Assembly (NCBI GenBank): GCA_026387835.1
Contig: JAPLKZ010000010.1
Coordinates: 206,379 to 238,378, forward strand
From: Candidatus Saganbacteria bacterium
GTDB taxonomy: Bacteria; Margulisbacteria; WOR-1; JAKLHX01
Direction: 5' to 3'
DNA length: 32,000 bases
In this document: in pieces, positions 1 to 9,975 of the stretch
Position numbering within the stretch: position 1 is the first letter of the stretch
Layout of the letters: each line of letters starts with the position of its first letter
Program-made: the position numbers and the translations under genes
Notes under the pieces: model-generated
Told to the model about the DNA's origin: nothing
The model's input: only the letters and a program-made list of their open reading frames with translations
Databases searched by the model: none

Positions 1-1
1 G

Positions 2-241
2 GAAACTATATTAAAGGGCGTCAGGGATTTTAAAGAATGGAGGGTCCTTGTGACAGCGGACCACCCCACCCCGATAGCTATCAAGACTCACGCAAGGGGA
101 ATGGTGCCTTTCGCCGTCTGCGGCACGGGCATCGAAAAAGGCGGGATAAAAAAGTTTTCTGAAAAAACCATCGAGAAGAGCAGGATAAAGATCGAAAAGG
201 GATACACGCTTCCGTCAAAGTTCTTTAAGGGGGTATTCTAA
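2..241 (+). CDS. apgM: C-terminal end of 2,3-bisphosphoglycerate-independent phosphoglycerate mutase (ApgM-type), truncated by window start
   Basis: Reading frame is open from base 2: ETILKGVRDFKEWRVLVTADHPTPIAIKTHARGMVPFAVCGTG; the DHPTPI..KTH...VPF motif is typical of the ApgM C-terminus. The supplied 50..241 ORF is only the tail from an internal GTG. Confidence 0.75.
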   Translation, partial: ETILKGVRDFKEWRVLVTADHPTPIAIKTHARGMVPFAVCGTGIEKGGIKKFSEKTIEKSRIKIEKGYTLPSKFFKGVF

Positions 242-1107
242 TGGATAAAATAAAGACCGTCGCGATAATCGGCATGGGCCTCATCGGCGGTTCGCTCGGG
301 ATGGCGATAAAAAACAAAGACCTCGCCGAGAAAGTCATCGGGGTAAGCCGCAACGCCGATCATCTGAAAGAAGCAAAAGCAAAAGAAGCGCTTGATGAAT
401 TCACTATCGACCCGATCGAAGCCTCCAGGGACGCAGACCTCGTATTTGTGACCACTCCGATCAGGACCATAGTCCCGATAGTGAAAACGATCTTTCCGGT
501 GGTAAAAAAAGGTTGCATAATAACCGATGTGGGATCTTCTAAACTTGAGATAGTCGGGGAACTTGAAAGTATTTCTCCGGAAGGGATATTTTTTATCGGA
601 GGCCATCCTATGGCGGGATCGGAACGCTCCGGGATCAAGGCCGCGACAAAGTTCCTTTTTGAAGGAACGAACTATTGCCTTACTCCGACCGGTAAAACAG
701 ACAAAGAAGCTTTAAAAAAACTGATCGCGTTCATAGAAAATTTCGATGTGAGGATATCGGTCATTCCGCCCGACCTGCATGACATCGCCGTGGCGGGGAT
801 CAGCCACATGCCGCTCGCTGTCGCGGCCAGCCTTGTCAACATGGTCTGCGACATGAAAGAAGCAAAGACCGAGATGCTGGCCCTTGCCTCTTCCGGGTTC
901 AGGGATACTACCCGCATTGCCGCCGGCAGTGTCGAGATGGGCCGCGACATGTTCACGACCAACAAAAAAGCCGTACTAAAAATGATCAAAGAATTCAAGG
1001 CTTCACTCGAAAAGATAGAGGCCGTCATCGAAGAAGGCGACGCCGAAAAGATCACCGCGGAGCTTGAAAAAGCAAAAAAACTAAGGACGGATATGTATGC
1101 AGCTTGA
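241..1107 (+). CDS. tyrA: Prephenate dehydrogenase family protein
   Basis: N-terminal Rossmann motif VAIIGMGLIGGSLGMAI, plus VTDVGSSK and GGHPMAGSERSG, characteristic of TyrA; starts at the stop of the previous gene. Confidence 0.93.
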   Translation: MDKIKTVAIIGMGLIGGSLGMAIKNKDLAEKVIGVSRNADHLKEAKAKEALDEFTIDPIEASRDADLVFVTTPIRTIVPIVKTIFPVVKKGCIITDVGSSKLEIVGELESISPEGIFFIGGHPMAGSERSGIKAATKFLFEGTNYCLTPTGKTDKEALKKLIAFIENFDVRISVIPPDLHDIAVAGISHMPLAVAASLVNMVCDMKEAKTEMLALASSGFRDTTRIAAGSVEMGRDMFTTNKKAVLKMIKEFKASLEKIEAVIEEGDAEKITAELEKAKKLRTDMYAA

Positions 1108-2389
1108 GATGTCGCCGGCAAAAAGTATCCGGGGAAAGATCTCTGTCCCGGCCGATAAATCCATTTCTCACCGTTCGATAATGCTGTCTGCTTTATCGGA
1201 CGGCAAATGCCTCATCGAAAATTTCCTGGAAGCGGAAGACTGTATGAGGACTGTCGAGTGTTTCAGGACAATGGGGATCGGGATCACCAAAGATAAGGAC
1301 CTAAATAACGCCTATATTGTGGACGGGAAAGGGATGTCGGGACTTTCCGTTCCGAAAGACATCCTTTACGCCGGAAATTCCGGAACTGCGATAAGGCTGA
1401 TCCTTGGCATACTCGCGGGACAGCCCTTCCAGGCGATGATAACAGGGGACGAATCGATCAAAAAAAGGCCGATGCTGCGCGTCGTGGAGCCGCTCAGAAA
1501 TATGGGGGCGCGCATCACGGGCAGAGAGAACGGCAACTTTGCCCCCCTCGAGATAAAGGGAGGGAACCTGAGATCTATAGATTATGTCCTTCCGGTCGCA
1601 AGCGCCCAGATAAAATCTTCTTTGATGCTCGCTTCCCTTTTTGCCGAGGGTGTGACAAGGATAACCGAACCGGCCGCTTCAAGGGACCATACCGAGAGGA
1701 TGTTCGGGCATTTCGGGATACCTTTCACAAAAAAAGAAAATACCATCCATATCGGTAAAGTCCAAAATATCAGGCCTGCTTCCGTGTGGATACCAGGGGA
1801 TATTTCTTCGGCCGCATTTTTTATCGTCGCCGCGCTTATCGTGCCCGGTTCGGAGGTCCTGATCAAAAATGTCGGGTTAAACCCCACAAGGACCGGTATC
1901 ATCGATGTCCTGCACCGCATGGGCGCAAAGATCGAGATCCAAAATGAAACGATATTATCGGGGGAGCCCCGCGGAGATATCATCGCAAGATCAAGCGATC
2001 TGGAAGCCGTTGACCTGTCAGGGAATATTATCCCGCGGATAATCGATGAGATACCGGTGATCGCGGTCGCTGCCGCGTTCGCCGAAGGGGTCACAACTAT
2101 AAGCGATGCAAGAGAGCTCAGGGTAAAAGAAAGCCACAGGATAGCGGCCTTATCAGGGGAACTAAAAAAGCTCGGCATCAAGGTCGAGGAAAAAGAAGAC
2201 GGCCTCATCATCCAAGGTAAAAATAAAATAAAAGGGGCGCTCTGCTACAGCCATGGTGATCACAGGATCGCGATGTCGCTCGCTATTGCCGCTCTTGCAG
2301 CGGAAGACGATGTTGTCATCGAAGACACGGATTGCATCGCCACTTCTTTCCCGGGATTTGAAAAACTGCTAAAGGGGCTGTCAGGCTGA
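1097..2389 (+). CDS. aroA: 3-phosphoshikimate 1-carboxyvinyltransferase (EPSP synthase); start may be ATG at 1109
   Basis: KISVPADKSISHRSIMLSAL, YAGNSGTAIRL, and DHRIAMSLAIAAL motifs of EPSP synthase; overlaps the tyrA end. Confidence 0.95.
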   Translation: MQLEMSPAKSIRGKISVPADKSISHRSIMLSALSDGKCLIENFLEAEDCMRTVECFRTMGIGITKDKDLNNAYIVDGKGMSGLSVPKDILYAGNSGTAIRLILGILAGQPFQAMITGDESIKKRPMLRVVEPLRNMGARITGRENGNFAPLEIKGGNLRSIDYVLPVASAQIKSSLMLASLFAEGVTRITEPAASRDHTERMFGHFGIPFTKKENTIHIGKVQNIRPASVWIPGDISSAAFFIVAALIVPGSEVLIKNVGLNPTRTGIIDVLHRMGAKIEIQNETILSGEPRGDIIARSSDLEAVDLSGNIIPRIIDEIPVIAVAAAFAEGVTTISDARELRVKESHRIAALSGELKKLGIKVEEKEDGLIIQGKNKIKGALCYSHGDHRIAMSLAIAALAAEDDVVIEDTDCIATSFPGFEKLLKGLSG

Positions 2390-3790
2390 TCAGGATTGCG
2401 GGAACGTAAACACCAATTTGTTCGCATGATTGTCCCACGGCATAGGCGTGAACAAAGCTGGTATTCTTACCCTTCCCCTGTCGTCTATTTTGCCGTTGAA
2501 TACCGGCGAAAAATGTTGTTTCTTGTTGTCTCCCATAAAATAGTATTTTCTTTCAGTTTTTGTACCATCTATTTTTAGGGTTATTACAATCGTTCTTACA
2601 TCTGAATCCGGGAAAGTCCCTATTTCAGCGCGTAGAACACACTTTTTATTTTTTTCGAGCCTGAGAAATGTTATCGGGCAGGTCAGGGTCTTCCCCTTTT
2701 GCCAGGGATTGGGTATGACCAGTTCTATGCTCCTCGCCGGCCCCATCATCTCTGTTTCTATGGGGTTAAAGACTATCTTATGCCGAGTACCAGTATCTCC
2801 GGCAGCGGTCATGTAGTCACTGACAAATTTTGCCAGCCTGCTGAGAAATGGCTGTATCTGTCTTTTCATGTTTTTGCGGTTGTTCAGATCAAACTGTCTT
2901 TTTTCCTCGTCGCCGTAGTCATATCTTGAAAAACAGGAGCGCTCAGACGCATCAAATGCAAATACTCCAAGTGTATTTTCTTGCGTATCGACAGCCGTAA
3001 AATATTGTCCTACAAGATTGTCGGGCCGTGGGATCACAAAACATATATTGCCTGCTGCGACATTCAGGCCGGCAAGAGCGGCTGTCCTTTCAGGGTCTGC
3101 GATCCGTACAAGCTCAAGGTCGGTAAAAGGGCCAAGCTTATAAAACGCGGGAAAACCGTATTGAAGCTCGCTCAACTTCATATACGCAATTGCTTTCAGG
3201 TAATCCAGATAGTCGGAAAATCTTTGCGGCTCATCCGACAGAGTCTCGGTATTTAATTGGAATGCGCCCTCTTTCTGAATAAAATTTCTAATGACGGAAT
3301 TCCAGTCAATTATTTCTTGTCTTATCATTTCTGCATACAAGCGGACCCCCACGGTACCCAGAGTAATAAAATGTTCAGGAAGTATGGCCCCTGGAAGAAG
3401 CAAGCCCCACCCCTGACCTGTCATGCCTGTTGTTACGAACCTCCTGAACAGATTTTTCATTGCACCGGATTCCACTACCGTATTATATTTATATATCTTG
3501 TCCGGCCAGCCTGACCTGTGGACCGTCCCGCTCAACAGATGGACGAGGTCCGTATGATCTATTTGGATATCCTTTCCCTTAAAAGCCGTCTGAAGATTGC
3601 TCCATCTGATGATCTCGTTAAGGCCATGCTCGACGATCAAAGGAGTGCTGTCATTAACAGGAACACCACTTCGCCCCATTCTTTTGCAAATATCCCCAGA
3701 AATAGTCCGCGCATCCATATCGGTAGTATTGAATGACAACAGCCTTGGAAATGCCTTCCTGAAGATTTTTTGTGAAATCCTACCTGTCAT
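2390..3790 (-). CDS. Hypothetical protein, 466 aa, no family recognised
   Basis: Long uninterrupted ORF; GGAG at suitable spacing before ATG (ggagtaacagATG). Convergent with aroA, with no gap. Distinct N-terminal helical-looking and C-terminal beta-rich parts. Confidence 0.7.
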   Translation of the reverse strand: MTGRISQKIFRKAFPRLLSFNTTDMDARTISGDICKRMGRSGVPVNDSTPLIVEHGLNEIIRWSNLQTAFKGKDIQIDHTDLVHLLSGTVHRSGWPDKIYKYNTVVESGAMKNLFRRFVTTGMTGQGWGLLLPGAILPEHFITLGTVGVRLYAEMIRQEIIDWNSVIRNFIQKEGAFQLNTETLSDEPQRFSDYLDYLKAIAYMKLSELQYGFPAFYKLGPFTDLELVRIADPERTAALAGLNVAAGNICFVIPRPDNLVGQYFTAVDTQENTLGVFAFDASERSCFSRYDYGDEEKRQFDLNNRKNMKRQIQPFLSRLAKFVSDYMTAAGDTGTRHKIVFNPIETEMMGPARSIELVIPNPWQKGKTLTCPITFLRLEKNKKCVLRAEIGTFPDSDVRTIVITLKIDGTKTERKYYFMGDNKKQHFSPVFNGKIDDRGRVRIPALFTPMPWDNHANKLVFTFPQS

Positions 3791-3914
3791 CTGTTACTCC
3801 AGTATTTTACCTGATTTAAATTATGTAAATAATTTATTCTGAATATATATCGTTAGATTCTTGCCCCGATTTCAGTTTGGCCCTGGCTACATGATAGAAT
3901 TATTAGTAATATAT

Positions 3915-5654
3915 ATGGCCAATAAGATATGTATCCTTGATGAAATACTTGCTTCAAAGATAGCCGCCGGGGAAGTGGTGGAGCGGCCGGCTTCCGTTGT
4001 GAAAGAACTCGTTGAAAACTCGATAGACGCAGGGGCCAAAAGAATAGACATCGAGGTCCACAACGGCGGGAAAAGCCTCATCAGGGTGACCGATGACGGC
4101 TCCGGTATGAACAAAGAGGATGCTTTGCTTTCGCTGGAGCGCCACGCAACATCAAAGATAAGCAGTATCGACGACCTCTTTAATATTTCGACCCTCGGCT
4201 TTCGCGGGGAAGCCCTTCCTTCTGTCAGCGCCATCTCAAGGCTGGAACTGCTGACAAATGACGGGACTTCCGGAACAAAAATCTCTGTTGAAGGCGGGAA
4301 GATGATAGAGAAAAAAGAAACCGGTTGTCCGAAAGGAACTTCAATAATTGTAAAAGATCTGTTCTTCAACACTCCGGCAAGAATGAAATATATGAGATCC
4401 GATCAGACCGAACAAAATCATATAACCGATATTGTTTCGAAATTCGTCATGTCCAGCCCGTCGATCGCATTTAAACTTATATCGAACGGTAAAGAGATCA
4501 TCTCTTCTTCAGGCAACGGAGACCTTCTTGATGCGATATCGAGCGTATACGGCCCGGCCTTTGCAAAGGATCTTCTGGCTTTGGGCCGTGAGGACATAAC
4601 GGGTTACATCAGCAAGCCTGCCGTGACAAAATTCAACAAAGAATACCAGCTGTTCTTTGTGAACGGCAGATATATTAAAAACTATCTCATATCAAAAGCC
4701 GTCGAGAACGCGTACAGCAATTTGATACCAAAAGACCGGCATCCCGTGGCAATACTGTTCATCAGGATCGACCCGGATGAAATCGATGTCAATGTCCATC
4801 CGGCAAAAAAAGAAATAAAATTTGAAAAGACAAAAGATGTGATGGGAAGTGTCTTTGAAGCCGTGAAGGATGCTTTGATAGATATTTCTCCCGCAAAACT
4901 TATCTCAACACCTTATATCCCTGATAAAAAAAGATGGACATCTGAGATGCAGAGGGTATGGATCGAAGAGCCGATAATGATCTCCGGCGGCGGAACAGTA
5001 TTAAGCCCGACTCTAAGCAGGCCCGGAAATCTGATCGATGCTGATCTGTTGTCAGAAAATGCCGTCGAGTCCCAAGATCAGGTTCCCTATCCCATCGCGC
5101 AGCTCGCCAATACCTATATAATCTGCGTTGACGGAAGCGACCTGATCCTCATTGACCAGCATGCCGCGCATGAGCGGATATTATATGAAAAGCTGAGGTC
5201 TTCAAAAAGCGACGGGAAAAACTCCCAGGTCTGCCTGATACCCGAAGTGATCGAACTTGGAATAAAAGAGTTCTCCCTTATCGAGGGTAGTATCAACATC
5301 TTAAAAGAGATCGGATTTGACATAGAGGTCTTCGGCAAGAATTGTTTAAGGATAAAAGGTATTCCGTCGGACACTACCGGAATAAATATAAAAGGGGCCG
5401 TCTCTGACATTGCCCTGCAGCTTGAGGAAGACGGAAAGACAAAAAAGACGGAAGAAGTAAAAGATAAGATACTTAAACTTGTCGCATGCCATGGCGCCAT
5501 TAAGGCGGGAGACCCGCTGGAGCGGAAAGAAATGCAGGCGCTTATCAAAGACCTTTATTCCACGACAAATCCTTCCACCTGTCCCCACGGAAGACCGAGT
5601 ATCGTAAAGATCGAAAGGACAAAGATCGCCTCTTTCTTTGACAGGAACAAATGA
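3915..5654 (+). CDS. mutL: DNA mismatch repair protein MutL (start chosen at ATG 3915 rather than 3861)
   Basis: MANKICILDEILASKIAAGEVVERPASVVKELVENSIDAGA; GFRGEALPS; DQHAAHERILYEKL and CPHGRP (metal/endonuclease motifs of the C-terminal domain). Confidence 0.96.
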   Translation: MANKICILDEILASKIAAGEVVERPASVVKELVENSIDAGAKRIDIEVHNGGKSLIRVTDDGSGMNKEDALLSLERHATSKISSIDDLFNISTLGFRGEALPSVSAISRLELLTNDGTSGTKISVEGGKMIEKKETGCPKGTSIIVKDLFFNTPARMKYMRSDQTEQNHITDIVSKFVMSSPSIAFKLISNGKEIISSSGNGDLLDAISSVYGPAFAKDLLALGREDITGYISKPAVTKFNKEYQLFFVNGRYIKNYLISKAVENAYSNLIPKDRHPVAILFIRIDPDEIDVNVHPAKKEIKFEKTKDVMGSVFEAVKDALIDISPAKLISTPYIPDKKRWTSEMQRVWIEEPIMISGGGTVLSPTLSRPGNLIDADLLSENAVESQDQVPYPIAQLANTYIICVDGSDLILIDQHAAHERILYEKLRSSKSDGKNSQVCLIPEVIELGIKEFSLIEGSINILKEIGFDIEVFGKNCLRIKGIPSDTTGINIKGAVSDIALQLEEDGKTKKTEEVKDKILKLVACHGAIKAGDPLERKEMQALIKDLYSTTNPSTCPHGRPSIVKIERTKIASFFDRNK

Positions 5655-6274
5655 TCAGACAGCTGTATGTGAACATCTCCGCGCGGCTTATACATTTTGT
5701 CATGAGGGCCGTGAACAGGACCTTGAAAGTAAAGATCTGCGGCCTTGAGAACATCAAGGATAATGCCCTGTATGCGGTCTGGCACCAAAGCACTTTTGTG
5801 ATGTTCGATGCGAACCCCTTTAAGAACATGGTCGTCCTCACCGCAAAAGGGTCGCGCGGGGATATTTTTACAAAAGCTGTCGAGCCGTACGGCAACAAAA
5901 TAGTGCGCGTCCCCTATGATGAGAACAAAAAAGAATCCGCGGTCGCAACTGTCCAGCTTTTAAACTGCCTTGAGGAAGGCTGTAATATCGTCATCGCCGT
6001 TGACGGGCCCAAAGGCCCTTTGTTCGAGGTAAAGCCCGGGATATTTTTCCTCTCTCAAAGATCGAATAAGAAAATCATCCCCGTCGGATTTGCCGCGTCA
6101 CAAAAGATCACCGCGCGCCTGCGCTGGGATAAATATATTATCCCTCTCCCGTACGGCAAAGCAGTGATCTATCTGGACGATTCTTATGTGAATGACAAAG
6201 ACCCCGAAAGCCTTAAAAAGGCTATGTTTGCCGCGCAAAAAAAAGCTGAGGAGATCCTGCGGAATTTGACATGA
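5651..6274 (+). CDS. Lysophospholipid acyltransferase-like protein (DUF374 family)
   Basis: YAVWHQSTFVMF, LTAKGSRGDIFTKAVEPYG, AVDGPKGPLFEVKPGIFFLSQ motifs of DUF374; overlaps the mutL stop. Confidence 0.8.
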   Translation: MIRQLYVNISARLIHFVMRAVNRTLKVKICGLENIKDNALYAVWHQSTFVMFDANPFKNMVVLTAKGSRGDIFTKAVEPYGNKIVRVPYDENKKESAVATVQLLNCLEEGCNIVIAVDGPKGPLFEVKPGIFFLSQRSNKKIIPVGFAASQKITARLRWDKYIIPLPYGKAVIYLDDSYVNDKDPESLKKAMFAAQKKAEEILRNLT

Positions 6275-6325
6275 CCTCATATTTCTTGTTATAGTCAAAA
6301 ATTGTTATGTGCTAAGGAGATTTAA

Positions 6326-8533
6326 TTGGACAAAACACTTGTAATAGTCGAGTCACCTGCAAAGGCAAAAACACTCGAGAAGTTCCTCGGGACAGGATAC
6401 AGCGTTAGGGCAAGCGGCGGCCACGTGAGGGACCTGCCGGTAAAATCGCTCGGAGTCGATATTGAAAAAGACTTCCAGCCGGATTATGTCACTATCAAGG
6501 GAAAAGAAAAGATCATAAAAGAACTGAAGTCCGCCGCTTCTTCTGCCAAAATGGTCCTTCTGGCTCCCGACCCTGACCGTGAAGGTGAAGCCATCGCCTG
6601 GCACCTTTCATATCTTATCGACGGAAAAACAAAGATCAAAAGGATAGAGTTCCACGAGATAACAAAAGACGCCGTGCAGAACGCCGTAAAGCACCCGAGA
6701 CTCATCGACATGGACCGCGTGAACGCCCAGCAGGCCAGGCGTATTTTAGACAGGCTTGTGGGATACAAGCTCAGCCCGCTTCTTTGGAAAAAAGTCCAGA
6801 AAGGCCTGAGCGCCGGGCGCGTGCAGTCCGTGGCAGTCCGCCTTATATGCGAAAGGGAAAGCCTGGTCATGCGCTTTGTCCCGGAAGAATTCTGGAAGGT
6901 CACTGCCGAGCTTTCCAAAAAGACAAAAGAGACTTTCAGCTCTCTGCTTAATTCAAAGGCCGGATCTCCGCTGACCGTGAAGAACAAGGACCAGGCCGAT
7001 GCCGTGCTCGCTTCCCTGAACGGAGCAAGCTTCAAAGTCAAAGAAGTCAGGAAAAAAGAACAGAACAAAAATCCCTACGCGCCGTTCATAACAAGTTCGC
7101 TCCAGCAGGACGCAAGCAGGAAGTTCGGTTACCCGGCAAAAAGGACGATGAGCGTCGCGCAGAGGCTTTATGAAGGCATAGATCTCAAGGACGAAGGCCA
7201 CACGGGTCTTATTACCTATATGAGGACGGATTCGACAAGAATTTCCGATGTCGCGATCGCCGAGGTGCGTAAATATATCACCGATACTTTCGGCCAAAAA
7301 TATCTGCCGGGATCTCCAAAAATATACAAGTCCAAAAAACGGATGCAGGACGCCCATGAAGCGATCCGCCCCACGTCGGTAAAAATGACGCCCGAAAAAG
7401 TAAAAGCGGCGCTGACACCGGAGCAATTCAAGCTTTACGAGCTGATCTGGAAGCGGTTCGTTGCATCCCAAATGGAAAGCGCCCTGATGGACATGACCTC
7501 CGTTGATATCGAAGCAAAAGATTATATCTTCAGGTCAACGGGAAGCGTGATGAAATTTGACGGGTTCATGGTGCTGTACGAAGAATCAAAGGACGAAGTG
7601 GAAGAAAAAGAAGGAACACTTCCGCAGCTTTCGCAGGGAGAGGCGCTTGACCTGGTAAAGCTCAGCCCGACGCAGCATTTCACCCAGCCGCCGCCGCGCT
7701 ATACGGAGGCATCGCTTGTAAAAGAACTTGAGGAAAAAGGGATCGGCCGGCCGAGCACGTACGCCCCTATTATTTCGACGATAATCGACCGCGGTTATGT
7801 TATCAGGGACGGGAGAACTTTAAAGCCCACCGAGCTAGGAATAATCACGAACGGCCTGCTTGTAAAACATTTTCCCGTCATACTGGACCTGAAGTTCACG
7901 GCCAAGATGGAGGACGAGCTGGACGATATCGCGGAAGGAAAGATGAAGCTCCTGGACACTCTCGAGGAATTTTACAGCCCTTTCAAGACTTCGCTTGAAA
8001 AAGCCGAAAAAGAAATGACAAAGGTAAAGCTTGAAGAAAAGACCGACGAGGTCTGCGAAAAATGCGGAAAACCGATGGTGGTGAGGCAAAGCCGTTTCGG
8101 GGCTTTTCTGGCCTGCACGGGTTTTCCTAAATGTAAAAGCACGAAAGACCTTCCCAAAAAGGGTGAAGCGCCGATTGACACTGATGAAAAGTGCCCGAAA
8201 TGCGGATCCCCCATGGAGGTAAAAAGAAGCAGGTTCGGCACGTTCCTTGCCTGCACAAAATATCCAAAATGCAAGACAACCGTTTCCATCCAGAAAAAGA
8301 CCGGCGTCACTTGCCCCGAAAAGGACTGCGGCGGCGAGATAGTGGAGCGCCGCTCCAAAAAGGGAAGGACATTTTTTTCCTGCAATAATTATCCAAAATG
8401 CAGGTTCGCCGTATGGAACAAACCCCTAAAAGAGAACTGCCCTACTTGCGGTGCTTTCCTTGTTGAAAAACGCCTGAAAGGCGGGACCACTCATGAATGC
8501 TCCAAGAAATGCGGCTATTCAATAGAAGTCTGA
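6326..8533 (+). CDS. topA: DNA topoisomerase I, TTG start
   Basis: KTLVIVESPAKAKTLEKFLG, LAPDPDREGEAIAWHL, ITYMRTDSTRIS, YVIRDGRTLKPTELG and several C-terminal C4 zinc-ribbon repeats; 'aaggag' precedes the TTG. Confidence 0.97.
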   Translation: MDKTLVIVESPAKAKTLEKFLGTGYSVRASGGHVRDLPVKSLGVDIEKDFQPDYVTIKGKEKIIKELKSAASSAKMVLLAPDPDREGEAIAWHLSYLIDGKTKIKRIEFHEITKDAVQNAVKHPRLIDMDRVNAQQARRILDRLVGYKLSPLLWKKVQKGLSAGRVQSVAVRLICERESLVMRFVPEEFWKVTAELSKKTKETFSSLLNSKAGSPLTVKNKDQADAVLASLNGASFKVKEVRKKEQNKNPYAPFITSSLQQDASRKFGYPAKRTMSVAQRLYEGIDLKDEGHTGLITYMRTDSTRISDVAIAEVRKYITDTFGQKYLPGSPKIYKSKKRMQDAHEAIRPTSVKMTPEKVKAALTPEQFKLYELIWKRFVASQMESALMDMTSVDIEAKDYIFRSTGSVMKFDGFMVLYEESKDEVEEKEGTLPQLSQGEALDLVKLSPTQHFTQPPPRYTEASLVKELEEKGIGRPSTYAPIISTIIDRGYVIRDGRTLKPTELGIITNGLLVKHFPVILDLKFTAKMEDELDDIAEGKMKLLDTLEEFYSPFKTSLEKAEKEMTKVKLEEKTDEVCEKCGKPMVVRQSRFGAFLACTGFPKCKSTKDLPKKGEAPIDTDEKCPKCGSPMEVKRSRFGTFLACTKYPKCKTTVSIQKKTGVTCPEKDCGGEIVERRSKKGRTFFSCNNYPKCRFAVWNKPLKENCPTCGAFLVEKRLKGGTTHECSKKCGYSIEV

Positions 8534-8534
8534 G

Positions 8535-9377
8535 ATGAAAACTATAAAAAGACCCCACGAGATGAAGCGCATTACAAGATCGTTGAGGGAAAAAGACACG
8601 AAGGTAGGTTTTGTCCCCACGATGGGCGCACTTCATGAAGGCCATCTTCAGCTTGTCAGGAAAGCCAAAAAACACAGCGACGTTGTCATTGTAAGCATAT
8701 TTGTGAACCCCACCCAGTTCGGCCCGAAAGAAGACTACAAAAGATATCCGCGTGATCTAAAAAGGGATATATCTTTACTGCTGAATGAAAAAGTTGATAT
8801 GCTTTTTGTCCCGGATGTCAGCGATATGTATCCGCAAGGACATAAATCATCCGTCAAAGTCGGGGAACTCGGGAATAAACTCTGCGGCAAGTCGCGTCCC
8901 GGCCATTTCAACGGTGTTGCAACGATCGTTAAGAAATTCTTGAATATAATAAACCCCCATAAGCTTTTTCTCGGGGCCAAGGACTTCCAGCAGCAGGTGA
9001 TAATCAGGAAAATGATAAAAGACCTTGATCTCGGGGTCGATGTGGTGACGGTCCCGACTGTAAGGGAAAAAGACGGACTGGCAAAAAGCTCGAGGAACAG
9101 ATATCTTTCGGCAAAAGAACGGCATTCAGCGGCCGCGCTTTCAAGGTCTTTGACCCTGGCAAAAAGTCTAGTTAAAAAGGGTCAAAGAGACCCCAATAAA
9201 ATAATTTCCGATATGAAAGCCTTGATACTCAAAGAATCCTGCACAAGGATCGACTATATATCGATATGCGATCCGGATACTTTGGAAAAACAGAACATTG
9301 TCAAGCGCCCTGCCCTTATTGCTCTCGCAGTATTCGTCGGCAAGACAAGGCTGATCGACAATCTCCTGATAAAATAG
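8535..9377 (+). CDS. panC: Pantothenate synthetase
   Basis: VGFVPTMGALHEGHLQLVRKA, VVSIFVNPTQFGP, GKSRPGHFNGVATIVKKFLNI, LGAKDFQQ motifs. Confidence 0.96.
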   Translation: MKTIKRPHEMKRITRSLREKDTKVGFVPTMGALHEGHLQLVRKAKKHSDVVIVSIFVNPTQFGPKEDYKRYPRDLKRDISLLLNEKVDMLFVPDVSDMYPQGHKSSVKVGELGNKLCGKSRPGHFNGVATIVKKFLNIINPHKLFLGAKDFQQQVIIRKMIKDLDLGVDVVTVPTVREKDGLAKSSRNRYLSAKERHSAAALSRSLTLAKSLVKKGQRDPNKIISDMKALILKESCTRIDYISICDPDTLEKQNIVKRPALIALAVFVGKTRLIDNLLIK

Positions 9378-9426
9378 CTGCTTGATACCTGCACCGGATG
9401 AAGTCGTAGTGTTGGAAATTTCCACA

Positions 9427-9517
9427 CCTCACCCCGCCCTCGCAAGCTCGGGCACCCCTCTCCATCGAAGATGGAGAGGGGAAAGCGACCCGCCGAAGGC
9501 GGGGAGCAGGGGTGAGG
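9427..9517. repeat. Palindromic REP/MITE-like element with nested hairpins (outer stem plus at least two inner stems)
   Basis: Outer arms CCTCACCCC (9427-9435) / GGGGTGAGG (9509-9517); perfect 12-bp inner hairpin CCCCTCTCCATC-GAA-GATGGAGAGGGG (9455-9481); second hairpin CCCGCC-GAA-GGCGGG (9489-9503); a third weaker arm GCCC..GGGC around 9436-9453. Confidence 0.75.
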
Positions 9518-9546
9518 ATGGCGGCCAAATTGCTCGTCCCCCCTTG

Positions 9547-9975
9547 ATGAAAAGAGGTTTTACGCTGATAGAAATGCTGATCACCATTTCGGTCATCGCT
9601 ATCCTGATGGGGGCATCGATCACCGGAATAACAACAATGACGAAGAAGGCCTCTTTGGACAATGCCGTTCGCCAGCTTGAAAGTGATCTTTACCTCGCAA
9701 AACAGAAAGCCATGTCAAACGGGAGCTCCTGCCGGCTGACCTGCGGTACTGACCGTTATGTTGTCGAAGTTCTTGATATCATCTCCGATCACTACTCGCT
9801 GATCAAGAATACCGCGCTTGGCCAAAGCCTGGCATTTAAGAACAGATGTACCTTCACGTTCTCTTCGAACGGTTTTCCTGTGCCGGGCTACTTTGGGACG
9901 GCAACGGTGCAAAGTGCGGACGGCAGGGATAAAAAAGTGGTCGTCTCTTCCGTCGGGAGGATACGGATAGAATGA
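9547..9975 (+). CDS. Prepilin-type N-methylation protein, GspH/FimT-like minor pilin (start corrected to 9547)
   Basis: MKRGFTLIEMLITISVIAILMGASITG is a classic type III signal; the ORF track start at 9382 reads through the palindromic element. Confidence 0.85.
   Translation: MKRGFTLIEMLITISVIAILMGASITGITTMTKKASLDNAVRQLESDLYLAKQKAMSNGSSCRLTCGTDRYVVEVLDIISDHYSLIKNTALGQSLAFKNRCTFTFSSNGFPVPGYFGTATVQSADGRDKKVVVSSVGRIRIE

Noticed and set aside
238-606. Antisense ORFs opposite tyrA, aroA, topA, mutL, ftsK, secDF and others in the track
   Set aside because: They lie fully opposite strongly homologous coding genes, lack recognisable motifs, and are expected by-products of codon bias.
3861-3914. Upstream mutL start MPRFQFGPGYMIELLVIY
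   Set aside because: MutL proteins start close to the IAAGEV motif; ATG 3915 gives the normal N-terminus.
9382-9546. N-terminal extension of the first pilin ORF (MIPAPDEVVVLEIST...)
   Set aside because: It is translation of the palindromic repeat element; the ATG at 9547 gives a canonical prepilin leader.
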